Positions 1 through 9,940 are shown, counted from the stretch's first letter. The stretch: DNA of 32,000 bases from Candidatus Omnitrophota bacterium (GCA_963662715.1 OY759724.1:1470001-1502000), one strand, 5' to 3'. Numbers and translations are program-made. The notes: generated by a model not told the origin, from the sequence alone.

Positions 1-1
1 G

Positions 2-925
2 CACGAGAGGCCTATCAATTGGGATTTTCATTTTCAGCAGTCAGCCCCGTTAGATTTAGAGATCGGATTCGGTTTGGGCGAGTTTCTTTTGAGCGAGGCG
101 CAGAAGAACCCGGAACGTAATTTTGTGGGCATTGAACTTGACTGGCAAAGAATAAAAAAAACCTTAAGCAAAATCCGGGTGATCCGCCAATCCCCTGAAC
201 AGCATTATAACGCAGATAATATCCGGGTTTTGCAAGTTGAGGCCAAGGTGGCTTTGCTGCGTTTGTTTCAGCCTTTGAGCCTTCATCGTGTTTTTTGCCT
301 TTTCCCTTGCCCGTGGCCCAAGAAGGGGCACGTCAAATACCGGTTGTTTTCTCATTCTTTCTGCCGCCTGGTCAACAGCCGGCTGATTGAGGCCGGTACG
401 GTGCAGATAGTGACGGATTATGAGCCTCATTTCTTGTGGCTTAAGGAAGAAGTCGTTGATGCAGGTTTTTCGTGGGAAGAGAACATCATCTCTCCGAGAT
501 TCAATACAAAATTTGAACGAAAATGGCTGTCGGAAGGGCAGAAAGAGTTTTTTGAATTAACCTTGCATAAAGTCCAGCACATTGATATACCGATTCAGGA
601 GGATATACCCTTGACCGTGTATTTTATTGATCAATTCGATGCCGAAAAATTTCATTTTAATAATGTCTCCGGATGCCCGTCCGTGATTTTGAAGGACTTT
701 TTATATGATAGCGGCCGGAAAAAAGCCATGGTCCATCTGGTCGTCTCGGAAGAACATATTACTCAACATTTGTGGATTGTGATCGTTCATAGTAAGCGGG
801 GGTGGTGCGTTGCCCAGGCAGCCGGCCAAACGGTTTTGCCCACGCCGGGGGCGGCCCTGGCGATCCGCATGGTTGCGGACGCCGTACGCCAAAGCGCTGA
901 CCAGCCGGAGAAAAAGCATGCTTAA
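2..925 (+). CDS. trmB: tRNA (guanine46-N7)-methyltransferase, 5' end outside the window, with a C-terminal extension of about 110 aa
   Basis: The frame of ORF 74..925 stays open back to nt 2. The translation reads ...PLDLEIGFGLGEFLL..NFVGIE.., matching the TrmB SAM-binding region, followed by FPCPWPKK and FERKW motifs. The listed TTG at 74 is internal. Confidence 0.8.
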   Translation, partial: HERPINWDFHFQQSAPLDLEIGFGLGEFLLSEAQKNPERNFVGIELDWQRIKKTLSKIRVIRQSPEQHYNADNIRVLQVEAKVALLRLFQPLSLHRVFCLFPCPWPKKGHVKYRLFSHSFCRLVNSRLIEAGTVQIVTDYEPHFLWLKEEVVDAGFSWEENIISPRFNTKFERKWLSEGQKEFFELTLHKVQHIDIPIQEDIPLTVYFIDQFDAEKFHFNNVSGCPSVILKDFLYDSGRKKAMVHLVVSEEHITQHLWIVIVHSKRGWCVAQAAGQTVLPTPGAALAIRMVADAVRQSADQPEKKHA

Positions 926-1772
926 AAACTACAGGATATCTGCTCTTAGAAAATGGAAATTTTCCCGTCACCTGTGTCTTTATCTCATTGTTCTCCTCTG
1001 TTGCCCGGCGCCGGTTTTAGCAAAGAAGAAAAAGGGGGCGTACAGCGTAAGCGCGGAGGCGGCGATTTTTTCCAACAGCACGGAAGTTGTCCGTTATTAC
1101 GGGAAGAATGTCCATACACGCGTGCTTCCGGCCAGCACTGTGAAAGTTATGACAGCTTTGCTGGTGTTGGAACGATTGCCTTTAAATAAAGTTGTCAAGG
1201 TCAGTCCGCGGGCAACCTATCCGCAGCCGTCTAAAATTTATGTAAAACCCGGGGAGACCTTCAGGGTCAAAGACCTGCTTTATGCTATCATGCTGAAATC
1301 AGCCAACGATGCGAGCGTTGTTTTAGCCGAAGCCGTGGCTGGAAGCGAAGAGAAATTTGTGCGGCTGATGAACAAAAGGGCCAGGCAGCTGGGGGCCAAA
1401 CATACCCGTTTTGCCAATGCGCATGGTCTGCCCTCCAAGAAAAAACAATATACGACTCCTTATGATATGTATTTGATTTTCCGGGCTGCGCTGAAACATG
1501 ATTTTTTCCGGGAGCTCGTGGCGACCAAATACCGGACAATTTATTCACAGCAGGGCCGAAAAATTTCTCTGAAGACCCATAATAAAATTTTGTTTATGGA
1601 CTGGAAGAGAAAACTGTATGGTAAAACAGGTTATACAAAGGCGGCAAAAGCCTGTTTTGTGGGGTATCTTAAGAAAGGGGAGAGTATCTGTATTATCGCC
1701 ATTTTCGGCTGTTCCCGGAGGTGGACAGACATTAAGCATATTGTGGAGCGTTACGGGCACATTGATCTTTAA
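918..1772 (+). CDS. D-alanyl-D-alanine carboxypeptidase (peptidase S11, low-MW PBP)
   Basis: SxxK (ASTVKV), SxN (KSANDAS) and KTG (GKTGYT) motifs are present behind an N-terminal signal/anchor (LCLYLIVLLCCPAPVLA). ATG 918 overlaps the trmB stop by 8 nt. The ORF-track start at 810 lies inside trmB. Confidence 0.85.
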   Translation: MLKNYRISALRKWKFSRHLCLYLIVLLCCPAPVLAKKKKGAYSVSAEAAIFSNSTEVVRYYGKNVHTRVLPASTVKVMTALLVLERLPLNKVVKVSPRATYPQPSKIYVKPGETFRVKDLLYAIMLKSANDASVVLAEAVAGSEEKFVRLMNKRARQLGAKHTRFANAHGLPSKKKQYTTPYDMYLIFRAALKHDFFRELVATKYRTIYSQQGRKISLKTHNKILFMDWKRKLYGKTGYTKAAKACFVGYLKKGESICIIAIFGCSRRWTDIKHIVERYGHIDL

Positions 1773-1898
1773 GGTTTGTCCCGGAAGACAGCGGCCTCTT
1801 TGATTTAAATGTATTGCAAAATACAATTTTATAGAATAAAATTAAACAATTGTAAAGTTAAAGGACGAGAGAAAATCATTAAATTAAGAAAGGAAAGG

Positions 1899-2795
1899 AT
1901 GGATATGAATAACCGCACTTTTACCTTGCCGATTATTATTATAGCCGCTATCGCCGTTGGAGTGTTCCTTACTGTGCAGAGAGTTAACAGCCCGGTTATG
2001 TCACGTCTTGTCAGTCAACAGAACGAAATTCTTAAAATGACAAATGTTATTCAAACGCAGGTTGCACAGCTGCAAACAAAAAGGCCCGGCTCCGGGCCGG
2101 CCGGGGTCGTGGCTGGAAATGTCGCTAACCCGGGAGATCTGCAGCAGCGCGTGGAGGCCCTTGAAGCGAAAGTGGATTTTCTTACCAGGGCCTTGCAGCG
2201 GGGCGGCGCCATAGTCCCTGCTGCTCAGCAACAGCAGCGAGGCGCCCGGCCGCAGGAAGACATGGACACGGAATATCCGTTAAGCATCGGCCATTCTCCT
2301 GTTTTGGGAAACCCGGACGCACCTATTACCATTTATGAATTTGTTGATATTCAATGTCCGTATTGTTCCAGGTTTCATCCGGTTGTGAATGATGTTGTTG
2401 CTGCGTATCCGGACAAAGTGAATTATGTCATGAAGAATTTTCCTTTAAATTTCCATAGTATGGCGAAGCCGGCGGCAAAAGCTGCGTTGGCCGCAGGAGA
2501 GCAGGGAAAGTATTTTGAAATGTTGGATTTGTTGCTGGTACACAACCGGGAGCTCTCCGAAACAAAATTTAAAGAGCTGGCCGGTCAACTGAAGCTGGAT
2601 GTCGAGCAGTTTACCCGTGATTTAAAAGAGAAAGATTCCCAGTATGAAGCCTGGATTAAGGCTGACATGGATTTGGCCGTCCGGTCTAATGTGCGAGGAA
2701 CGCCGACTTTCTTCCTGCAGAAACGAAAAACAAATGCGCGTAATTTGGCTTCGTTTAAGCAGGAAATCGATGCTCTCTTGAAAAAAATGAAATAG
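1899..2795 (+). CDS. Membrane-anchored DsbA-family thiol:disulfide oxidoreductase
   Basis: CPYC active site (VDIQCPYCSRFHP), an N-terminal TM helix (LPIIIIAAIAVGVFLTV), a coiled/Gln-rich linker and a thioredoxin-like C-terminus (RGTPTFF). The start is ATG 1899 or 1905, after AGGAAAGG. Confidence 0.75.
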   Translation: MDMNNRTFTLPIIIIAAIAVGVFLTVQRVNSPVMSRLVSQQNEILKMTNVIQTQVAQLQTKRPGSGPAGVVAGNVANPGDLQQRVEALEAKVDFLTRALQRGGAIVPAAQQQQRGARPQEDMDTEYPLSIGHSPVLGNPDAPITIYEFVDIQCPYCSRFHPVVNDVVAAYPDKVNYVMKNFPLNFHSMAKPAAKAALAAGEQGKYFEMLDLLLVHNRELSETKFKELAGQLKLDVEQFTRDLKEKDSQYEAWIKADMDLAVRSNVRGTPTFFLQKRKTNARNLASFKQEIDALLKKMK

Positions 2796-2850
2796 CTTTT
2801 TGCTGTAACTGTTTGAATATACGCATATTAGGTTGCTGGAGAAAATTCTG

Positions 2851-2879
2851 TTTACAATTTTTCGGTTTTTTGTTACTAT
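2851..2879 (+). promoter_or_regulatory. Putative sigma70-type promoter upstream of rpmA
   Basis: TTTACA (2851-2856), a 17-nt spacer, then TACTAT (2874-2879). Confidence 0.3.
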
Positions 2880-2986
2880 AAATGTTTTAATTGCAGTTAT
2901 TAAGTAACAGGCGGCGAGGACCGTTTCATGAAGATCCTGAAATCCTTGTCACCTGAAATTTATTATTGTCAGAGGAGGCTTTGCAG

Positions 2987-3250
2987 ATGTCGAAAGTCGG
3001 CGGTTTAACAACAAAATTTTATCGGGAAACGCGTGGCGTTAAGGTATCCGGAGGTCAATTTGTCAAAGCCGGGGCTGTTTTAACCCGCCAGGGGTACAAA
3101 TGGAAGCCGGGGATTAATGTCATTGGAGACATGCACTTGAATGCATCGTGTGACGGGATTGTTTATTTCAGCAGAAAGAAAAATAAATATAAAAAGGCAA
3201 TGACATATATTAATGTCCGGCCCGTTGCCAAAGCAGAGCCACAGCCGTAA
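2987..3250 (+). CDS. rpmA: 50S ribosomal protein L27 with an atypical N-terminus
   Basis: The core GVKVSGGQFVKAGAVLTRQGYKWKPGINV...DGIVYF...INVRP aligns with the L27 consensus (GVK..GGQ.V.AG.I...QRGT...PG.NVG). AGGAGG at 2973-2978 lies 8 nt before ATG 2987. Confidence 0.8.
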   Translation: MSKVGGLTTKFYRETRGVKVSGGQFVKAGAVLTRQGYKWKPGINVIGDMHLNASCDGIVYFSRKKNKYKKAMTYINVRPVAKAEPQP

Positions 3251-3547
3251 AGTCTTCTTATCCCCTGGATTCAATATGTCCCTTGTTTTTTCGGCGGTTC
3301 TTTTGGCCCCCTGAGTTGTTGCTTGTGCCGGTGCGAGGCATCAACAACAGCTTTGGACCTGCCGATCCTTGGAAGATTGTGTTCACATTTAACATTTTCC
3401 TTAGAGACTTTATGGCTTGTGTCGGCCCCGGTATGGCCTGCGGGGCACCCGTATCCAGCAAGGAAAGACATGTCTTCGAATGCTCTACAGAGCATCACGA
3501 AGCGTTATGTCTGACGTTAACATCATCATATTAAGAGATAAGAGCCT

Positions 3548-5380
3548 ATGTGCGGTATTATCGGTTATGTCGGTAACCGGGAAGCAGAACCGCTTCTTAT
3601 AGAAGGATTGAAAAAATTGGAATACCGCGGATATGATTCCGCCGGTATCGGAATAATCCCGAAAGGGAAGCAGCATATTACGGTTCGGAAAACCCGGGGG
3701 AAAATCAGCGACCTTGTTCAAGAGCTGAAGACCAAGCCTCTTCCTTCCGGGGTGCTCGGCCTTTCTCATACCCGCTGGGCCACACACGGCGTTCCCAACC
3801 GCCGCAATGCCCACCCTCATTTCGACGCTGCACGTAAAATTCTTATTGTCCATAACGGTATTATTGAAAATTACGAGACATTAAAAAGTCAGCTATCCGC
3901 CCAAGGCCATTGTTTCCGTTCCGATACGGACACAGAAGTTATTGCCCACCTGATTGAAAGCTGTTTCTCCGGAGATATTTTTGACGCCGTGCGCAAAGCG
4001 ATCAAAGAATTGCGCGGGGCTTTTGCTTTGGGAGTCATTTCCTCCCACCAGCCTGACAGGATCATCGCGGCGCGGATAGGCTCTCCGCTGATTATCGGTG
4101 TCGGGCAGGGGGAGAATTTTATCGCCTCCGATGTCCCGGCTGTTTTGGAGTCGACGAACCGAGTTATCTATCTGCAGGACGGTCAAATGGCCTGCGTAAA
4201 GAAAGATAGCGTTGAAGTTTTTAGCTTTTCCGGCAAAAAAGTCGTGCCAGCCATTCATAAGGTTACGTTTAATATTGAGTCTGTGCAGAAGCAGGGATAT
4301 GCGCACTTTATGTTGAAAGAGATTCATGAGCAGCCGGATGTCCTGGAGCAGATGCTTCAGTTCCGTCTTAAAGGGCATAAGATTGTCCTCGACGGGATTC
4401 ATCTGACCAACAAGGAGTTGAGGAAAGTCAAACATATTTACATCGTGGCCTGCGGCACGGCGTATCACGCGGGTTTGGTGGGCCGGTATTGGATAGAGAA
4501 AATTACGCCCATTCCCGTGACGGTAGATGCTGCCAGTGAGTTCCGGTACCGGAACCCGATTATGGCCAAGAATACTTTGATTATTGCCATCAGCCAATCA
4601 GGGGAAACGGCAGATACCCTGGCAGCGGTTAAAGAAGCCAGGGCCCGCGGGGCCAAGTTGATTTCCATATGCAATGTCGTGGGGTCGTCTCTCGTCAGGG
4701 AATCTGACGGAATCCTTTATACGCATGCCGGACCGGAAATCGGGGTGGCTTCCACCAAAGCCTATGTGGCCCAGATTTGTATGCTGTATTTGTTGGGCCT
4801 GAAGCTCAGCCAGCTGTTTTCCAAGATATCCGAAAAACAGCGTCTGAAGTTTATAAAGGAGTTGAAAAGAACCCCCGACCTTTACCGGGACATCCTTCAC
4901 CGGAAAAAGGTGATTCACCAAATGGCCAAAAAGAATTCTCATTTCGGCTGCTTTTTATTCTTGGGCCGCAACATTAATTATCCGTCTGCTTTGGAAGGGG
5001 CTTTAAAACTGAAAGAGATTTCTTATATCCCTGCCGAAGGGTATCCGGCCGGGGAAATGAAGCACGGCCCGATTGCTTTAATCGACGAGTACCGGGCGGT
5101 TGTCTGTATTGCCCCGAAAACCGCTATTTATGAAAAAATGATATCGAATATTCAGGAGATCCGGGCCCGGAAGGGTAAGGTTATTGCCATTGCCACCGAG
5201 GGAGACCGGTCCATAAAAAAACACGCCCATCATGTGATATATGTTCCTGCGATACAGGAAGCCTTAACGCCTCTTTTAGTCGCCTTGCCGTTACAGCTTA
5301 TTGCTTATTATATTGCTGTTCAATTAGGATGTGATGTTGATCAGCCGCGTAATTTAGCCAAATCCGTTACAGTCGAGTAA
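3548..5380 (+). CDS. glmS: Glutamine--fructose-6-phosphate aminotransferase (isomerizing)
   Basis: MCGIIGYVG N-terminal nucleophile, two SIS domains and the canonical C-terminal ...KSVTVE, at full length (610 aa). Confidence 0.97.
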   Translation: MCGIIGYVGNREAEPLLIEGLKKLEYRGYDSAGIGIIPKGKQHITVRKTRGKISDLVQELKTKPLPSGVLGLSHTRWATHGVPNRRNAHPHFDAARKILIVHNGIIENYETLKSQLSAQGHCFRSDTDTEVIAHLIESCFSGDIFDAVRKAIKELRGAFALGVISSHQPDRIIAARIGSPLIIGVGQGENFIASDVPAVLESTNRVIYLQDGQMACVKKDSVEVFSFSGKKVVPAIHKVTFNIESVQKQGYAHFMLKEIHEQPDVLEQMLQFRLKGHKIVLDGIHLTNKELRKVKHIYIVACGTAYHAGLVGRYWIEKITPIPVTVDAASEFRYRNPIMAKNTLIIAISQSGETADTLAAVKEARARGAKLISICNVVGSSLVRESDGILYTHAGPEIGVASTKAYVAQICMLYLLGLKLSQLFSKISEKQRLKFIKELKRTPDLYRDILHRKKVIHQMAKKNSHFGCFLFLGRNINYPSALEGALKLKEISYIPAEGYPAGEMKHGPIALIDEYRAVVCIAPKTAIYEKMISNIQEIRARKGKVIAIATEGDRSIKKHAHHVIYVPAIQEALTPLLVALPLQLIAYYIAVQLGCDVDQPRNLAKSVTVE

Positions 5381-5509
5381 GAAGAAAAGAATCAGGAACC
5401 TTCCACCGGTGCGCCTATTTGATGTTCAGGATGCCTGATGCCGGTCAGGAAAGCATGGCGCGGATTTTCGAGGAAAAGCTGTTTTTCTAAGAGGGCTTTC
5501 AGAGAGATT

Positions 5510-6187
5510 ATGTTATATATTGTTTCTACGCCTATCGGCAACCTTAAAGATATAACGTTTAGAGCGGTGGAAACTCTGCAAGAGGTGGACCTTATTGCGG
5601 CGGAAGATACGCGTCACAGCCGCATTCTGCTCAATCATTATCATATCACGACCCCGGTGACGAGTTACTTTGAGCATAATAAATTTCAAAAAGGCGAATA
5701 TCTCCTGAGGATTTTACGTGAAGGCAGAAAAATCGCTTTAATTACCGACGCCGGCACTCCGGGGATCAGCGACCCCGGATATCATCTGATCCGTCTGGCC
5801 AAAGAGGATGGCATCGCGGTTACGGTTATCCCCGGCCCCTGCGCTTTGGTCGGGGCTCTTTCTCTGTCCGGCCTGCCGACGCATGCCTTTGTTTTTGCCG
5901 GTTTTCTCCCGGTTAAATCAGCAGCCCGCAGGAAAAAACTCCAGGAATATCAATCTGAAACCAGGACCGTCATATTATATGAATCACCGCACAGACTTGT
6001 TAAAACTCTGCAGGACATGAAGGATGTCTTAGGCAACCCCAATGTCGTGTGTGTGCGTGAACTTACTAAGAAGTTTGAAGAGGTCCGGCAGGATTCCTGT
6101 CAGTCCCTTGTCCGGCATTATTCAGAGGTAAAGCCCAAAGGGGAATTTGTATTATTGTTTAACGGGGACACTTCTGTCAGAACTTAA
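5510..6187 (+). CDS. rsmI: 16S rRNA (cytidine1402-2'-O)-methyltransferase
   Basis: MLYIVSTPIGNLKDITFRAVETLQEVDLIAAEDTRHS and TDAGTPGISDPG motifs. The start was moved to ATG 5510. Confidence 0.9.
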   Translation: MLYIVSTPIGNLKDITFRAVETLQEVDLIAAEDTRHSRILLNHYHITTPVTSYFEHNKFQKGEYLLRILREGRKIALITDAGTPGISDPGYHLIRLAKEDGIAVTVIPGPCALVGALSLSGLPTHAFVFAGFLPVKSAARRKKLQEYQSETRTVILYESPHRLVKTLQDMKDVLGNPNVVCVRELTKKFEEVRQDSCQSLVRHYSEVKPKGEFVLLFNGDTSVRT

Positions 6188-6230
6188 TGTTTTTTAAACA
6201 GTAAGAGGGACCCGGTCCTTGACAGCGCGC

Positions 6231-6259
6231 TTGACAGGACAGGTTTCAGGTGGTATATT
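6231..6259 (+). promoter_or_regulatory. sigma70-type promoter of the pyrR-pyrB-pyrC operon
   Basis: TTGACA (6231-6236), exactly 17 nt, then TATATT (6254-6259). A second TTGACA sits at 6219-6224. Confidence 0.6.
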
Positions 6260-6271
6260 TGACTAAACTTA

Positions 6272-6305
6272 TCCTTTAATCCGGTCCAGAGAGGCTGGCA
6301 AAGGT
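6272..6305 (+). promoter_or_regulatory. PyrR-binding (anti-antiterminator) hairpin
   Basis: CCTTTAATCCGGTCCAGAGAGGCTGGCAAAGG carries the conserved UCCAGAGAGGCU PyrR binding loop, closed by CCGG/CTGG and CCTTT/AAAGG stems. Confidence 0.75.
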
Positions 6306-6348
6306 ATCTCATGACTGATTATCATTTTATACAAACTGATGGTTGCAA

Positions 6349-6920
<572 letters not shown>

Positions 6921-6942
6921 TTTTAGAGGAGATTCAGCCATC

Positions 6943-7881
6943 ATGACAGAGTGGACCCGGCATCATTTATATGATTTGGAAGAGCTCACAAAAGAGGAAA
7001 TAGATCTTATCCTGGAAACAGCAAAATCTTTTAAGGAAGTTTCCACGAGAGACGTCAAAAAAGTCCCGGCTTTAAGAGGCAAGACCGTGGCCATGCTGTT
7101 TTTTGAGCCGTCAACCCGGACCCGGACCTCCTTTGAGCTCGCCGCCAAACGGCTTTCCGCTGACACGATTAATTTCTCCTCGGGAGGGAGCGCTTTGTCT
7201 AAAGGGGAATCCATTTTAGACACGGCGCTTAATATAGAGGCCATGAACGTGGACATGATTGTGGTCCGGCATAAATCTGCCGGGGTCCCGCATATTCTTG
7301 GCGGGGGCGTCAAGGCTTCCGTTGTTAATGCCGGTGACGGCTGTCATGCCCACCCCACCCAGGCTTTGCTGGATATATTTACGATGAAGGAAAAAAAGGG
7401 TCAGATCGCAGGATTGAAAGTCGGGATTGTCGGGGATATCCTGCATTCCCGTGTGGCCCGGTCAAACATTTGGGGGCTGACAAAACTCGGAGCTGCTGTC
7501 ACTCTTTGCGGCCCGTCAACGCTGATGCCCCCGGGGATAGAGCAATTGGGCGTGAACGTGACTTATGATCTGGATTGTGTCCTCCGGGACAGCGACGTCC
7601 TTATGCTGCTGCGCCTGCAGAAAGAACGGCAGCAGGATAAATTTCTTCCGTCCATTAGAGAATACGCCCGGGTTTTCGGCATTAATAAAGAGAAATTAAA
7701 AAAAGCGAAAAAAGATGTGCTTATCATGCATCCCGGCCCGACGAACCGCGGCGTGGAATTAACGGCGGACGTTGCTGACGGAGAATATTCCGTGATTCTT
7801 GAACAGGTGACAAACGGGGTCGCTGTGCGGATGGCTGTTATGTACCTTATGTCCGGTAAAAGGAATGTCGAGGGAGAGTAA
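6943..7881 (+). CDS. pyrB: Aspartate carbamoyltransferase catalytic subunit
   Basis: FEPSTRTRTSFE, HPTQALLD and HPGP motifs. AGAGGAG RBS precedes ATG 6943. Confidence 0.95.
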   Translation: MTEWTRHHLYDLEELTKEEIDLILETAKSFKEVSTRDVKKVPALRGKTVAMLFFEPSTRTRTSFELAAKRLSADTINFSSGGSALSKGESILDTALNIEAMNVDMIVVRHKSAGVPHILGGGVKASVVNAGDGCHAHPTQALLDIFTMKEKKGQIAGLKVGIVGDILHSRVARSNIWGLTKLGAAVTLCGPSTLMPPGIEQLGVNVTYDLDCVLRDSDVLMLLRLQKERQQDKFLPSIREYARVFGINKEKLKKAKKDVLIMHPGPTNRGVELTADVADGEYSVILEQVTNGVAVRMAVMYLMSGKRNVEGE

Positions 7882-7924
7882 AGATGATTTATGAAAGCAG
7901 CCCAGAAAGAGGAGCGGAAGATTT

Positions 7925-9208
7925 ATGGCTTTATTGATTAAAAATGCCATTATTGTTCATCCTGACCGTATTGAAACAAAACCGCAGGACATTTTGCTTG
8001 AGAAAGGCAGGGTGGCCAAGATTGCCCCCCGTCTGGAAGAGCCGCATGTCAAAGTGATTGATGCCGCCGGAAAATATGTTCTGCCGGGGCTCATCGACCT
8101 GCATGTTCATTTCCGGCAGCCGGGACGGGAAGATAAGGAAACGATTGAGACAGGATCGAAAGCGGCTGTTAAAGGCGGTTTTACGACAGTTGTCTGCATG
8201 CCCAACACAAATCCGGTTATCGACAATGCCATGATGGTTGAGGCTGTGGTAAAGGAAGCCCGGAGGGTCGGGTTGTTAAACGTGATCCCGGCCGGCTCGA
8301 TTACAAAAGGCCAAAAAGGTGAAGAGCTGACGGACATGTTTGAGCTTAAGGATGCCGGGTGCCTGGCATTGACAGATGACGGCCGGGCTGTGGCCAGCAG
8401 CCAAACATTGCGTTTGGCCCTGGATTACGCCCGGATGGCCGGCCTGCTTTTGATGGAGCACTGTCAGGATTTGTCCTTGACGAGCGGCGGGGTTATGAAT
8501 GAAAGTTATACCTCAACCTTGCTTGGGATAAAGAGCGATCCTTCCATATCGGAGACCGTGATCGTGGCCAGGGATATCGAGATCGTCCATTATTTGAAGA
8601 CAAGAATTCATTTTCAGCATATGAGTGCCCGGAGATCGGTTGAGCTTATCCGCTGGGCTAAAACGCAGGGGATTGCGGTGACGGCAGAGGTGACGCCGCA
8701 TCATTTCAGCCTGACGGATGAAGCCGTGAAGTCCTTTAACCCCAACACCAAGGTTAATCCCCCGCTGAGAACCCAGGATGACGTTGCCGCTCTTCATGAG
8801 GGACTCAAAGACGGGACCGTTGACTGTATTGCCTCTGATCACGCCCCGCATACCGTTGAAGATAAAGAGGTGGGGTTTGACCATGCTCCTTTTGGGATGA
8901 CGGGACTGGAAACATCTTTCTCTTTGGGGATAACAGAACTGGTTGCGAAAAATGTGCTGAATTTACCGCAGCTTGTTGATAAAATGTCTGCGACTCCGGC
9001 GCGCCTTCTCGGCCTGGAGCTTAAGGGCAGGGTGCAGGAGGGGAAGGACGCGGATTTGACTCTTGTTGATGCCGATGAGGAATGGATTGTCCGGGCAGAG
9101 GATTTTGCTTCCAAGTCAACGAATTCTCCTTTTATCGGAAGATCGTTGAAGGGACGAGTCAAAGCAACGATTTACGGGGGGAAAATCGTTTATCAGGATG
9201 GGGCGTAG
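7925..9208 (+). CDS. pyrC: Dihydroorotase
   Basis: GLIDLHVHFRQPG and ASDHAPH metal-ligand motifs, 427 aa. Confidence 0.95.
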   Translation: MALLIKNAIIVHPDRIETKPQDILLEKGRVAKIAPRLEEPHVKVIDAAGKYVLPGLIDLHVHFRQPGREDKETIETGSKAAVKGGFTTVVCMPNTNPVIDNAMMVEAVVKEARRVGLLNVIPAGSITKGQKGEELTDMFELKDAGCLALTDDGRAVASSQTLRLALDYARMAGLLLMEHCQDLSLTSGGVMNESYTSTLLGIKSDPSISETVIVARDIEIVHYLKTRIHFQHMSARRSVELIRWAKTQGIAVTAEVTPHHFSLTDEAVKSFNPNTKVNPPLRTQDDVAALHEGLKDGTVDCIASDHAPHTVEDKEVGFDHAPFGMTGLETSFSLGITELVAKNVLNLPQLVDKMSATPARLLGLELKGRVQEGKDADLTLVDADEEWIVRAEDFASKSTNSPFIGRSLKGRVKATIYGGKIVYQDGA

Positions 9209-9262
9209 GGAGGTTGTCCTTGATCCGGAATTTTCAGGAATTTTTTTCTCCGATGAAACCTT

Positions 9263-9290
9263 TTGACTTTTAGTGCGTTATATCTATAAT
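9263..9290 (+). promoter_or_regulatory. sigma70-type promoter for tRNA-Arg
   Basis: TTGACT (9263-9268), a 16-nt spacer, then TATAAT (9285-9290), about 25 nt upstream of the tRNA. Confidence 0.55.
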
Positions 9291-9314
9291 CATATCTTAG
9301 TGCTGTTCATTTCA

Positions 9315-9386
9315 GGGCCCATAGCTTAATGGATAGAGTCCAGGATTCCGGTTCCTGTGGTACGGGTTCGACTCCCGTTGGGCCCT
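9315..9386 (+). tRNA. tRNA-Arg (anticodon CCG), no encoded CCA
   Basis: Hand-folded cloverleaf. Acceptor is GGGCCCA/TGGGCCC and the D stem is GCTT/GAGT. The anticodon stem CAGGA/TCCTG closes the loop TTCCGGT. The T arm is ACGGG-TTCGACT-CCCGT. Confidence 0.9.
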
Positions 9387-9469
9387 TTTTTAAAATCTAA
9401 ATATGGTAGTTATTAACAGTTTTTGCCCAAGATGTGGAAAACGAATAATGTCTTCTTCGGGAGGAAGAT

Positions 9470-9940
9470 ATGTCTTGTCAAAAGATTACCGTCTCCGTAG
9501 TCGGAAGCCATGATTACAATGTCAAAATGGAGGGTTTGATTTATGAAGTTGGCAAAATAATTGCGGATGTGGGGTGCGTGCTCGTTTGTGGCGGCCTTGG
9601 TGGAGTGATGGAGGTTGCTGCAAAAGGGGCGAAAGAAGCCGGAGGCCTGACAATAGGCCTGCTGCCGGGAACGGATAAAGCAGACGCTAACCCATTCATT
9701 GACATAGCCTTACCGACATCAATAGGATATGCCCGGAATGCCATGGTCGCTTGTTCCGCAGATATTATTGTCGCCCTGCCCGGAAGTTACGGAACGGAAT
9801 CGGAAATTTGTTATGGTTTGGTTTATAAGCGTCCGGTCATAGATATGGGAAACTGGAATATTCCCGGTATGATACAAGTTAAAGATCCGCAGGATTTTAA
9901 AAATCAGCTTCAGGATATTATCAAAGGGCTTCGTGCATAA
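9470..9940 (+). CDS. TIGR00725 / LOG-like Rossmann-fold nucleotide-binding protein
   Basis: VCGGLGGVMEVAAKGA and ALPGSYGTESE (LOG-type PGGxGTxxE-like) motifs, 156 aa. GGGAGGAAG RBS. Confidence 0.7.
   Translation: MSCQKITVSVVGSHDYNVKMEGLIYEVGKIIADVGCVLVCGGLGGVMEVAAKGAKEAGGLTIGLLPGTDKADANPFIDIALPTSIGYARNAMVACSADIIVALPGSYGTESEICYGLVYKRPVIDMGNWNIPGMIQVKDPQDFKNQLQDIIKGLRA

Noticed and set aside
810-917. Upstream-extended starts in the ORF track (810, 1809, 2966, 5438, 6390, 6799, 13103, 14143, 15487, 27575) and the overlapping ORF 14058..14534
   Set aside because: The extensions overlap the preceding genes or lack an SD. Internal ATG/GTG starts with an SD and homology-consistent N-termini were preferred.
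3251-3547. glmS ribozyme upstream of glmS
   Set aside because: Only an 8-nt match (UUCGGCGG at about 3289-3296) to the ribozyme core was found. The AGCGCC cleavage-site/P1 region and the GACGAGG core are absent, and they would have to lie inside the rpmA coding sequence.
3893-4597. Long antisense ORFs inside conserved genes (3893..4597, 6378..6944, 16793..17476, 19494..20198, 19669..20325 and 21673..22146, all on the minus strand)
   Set aside because: Each lies fully within a confidently identified + strand gene and has no RBS or recognisable motifs. The compositions are Arg/Pro/Gly-rich, as is typical of shadow frames.
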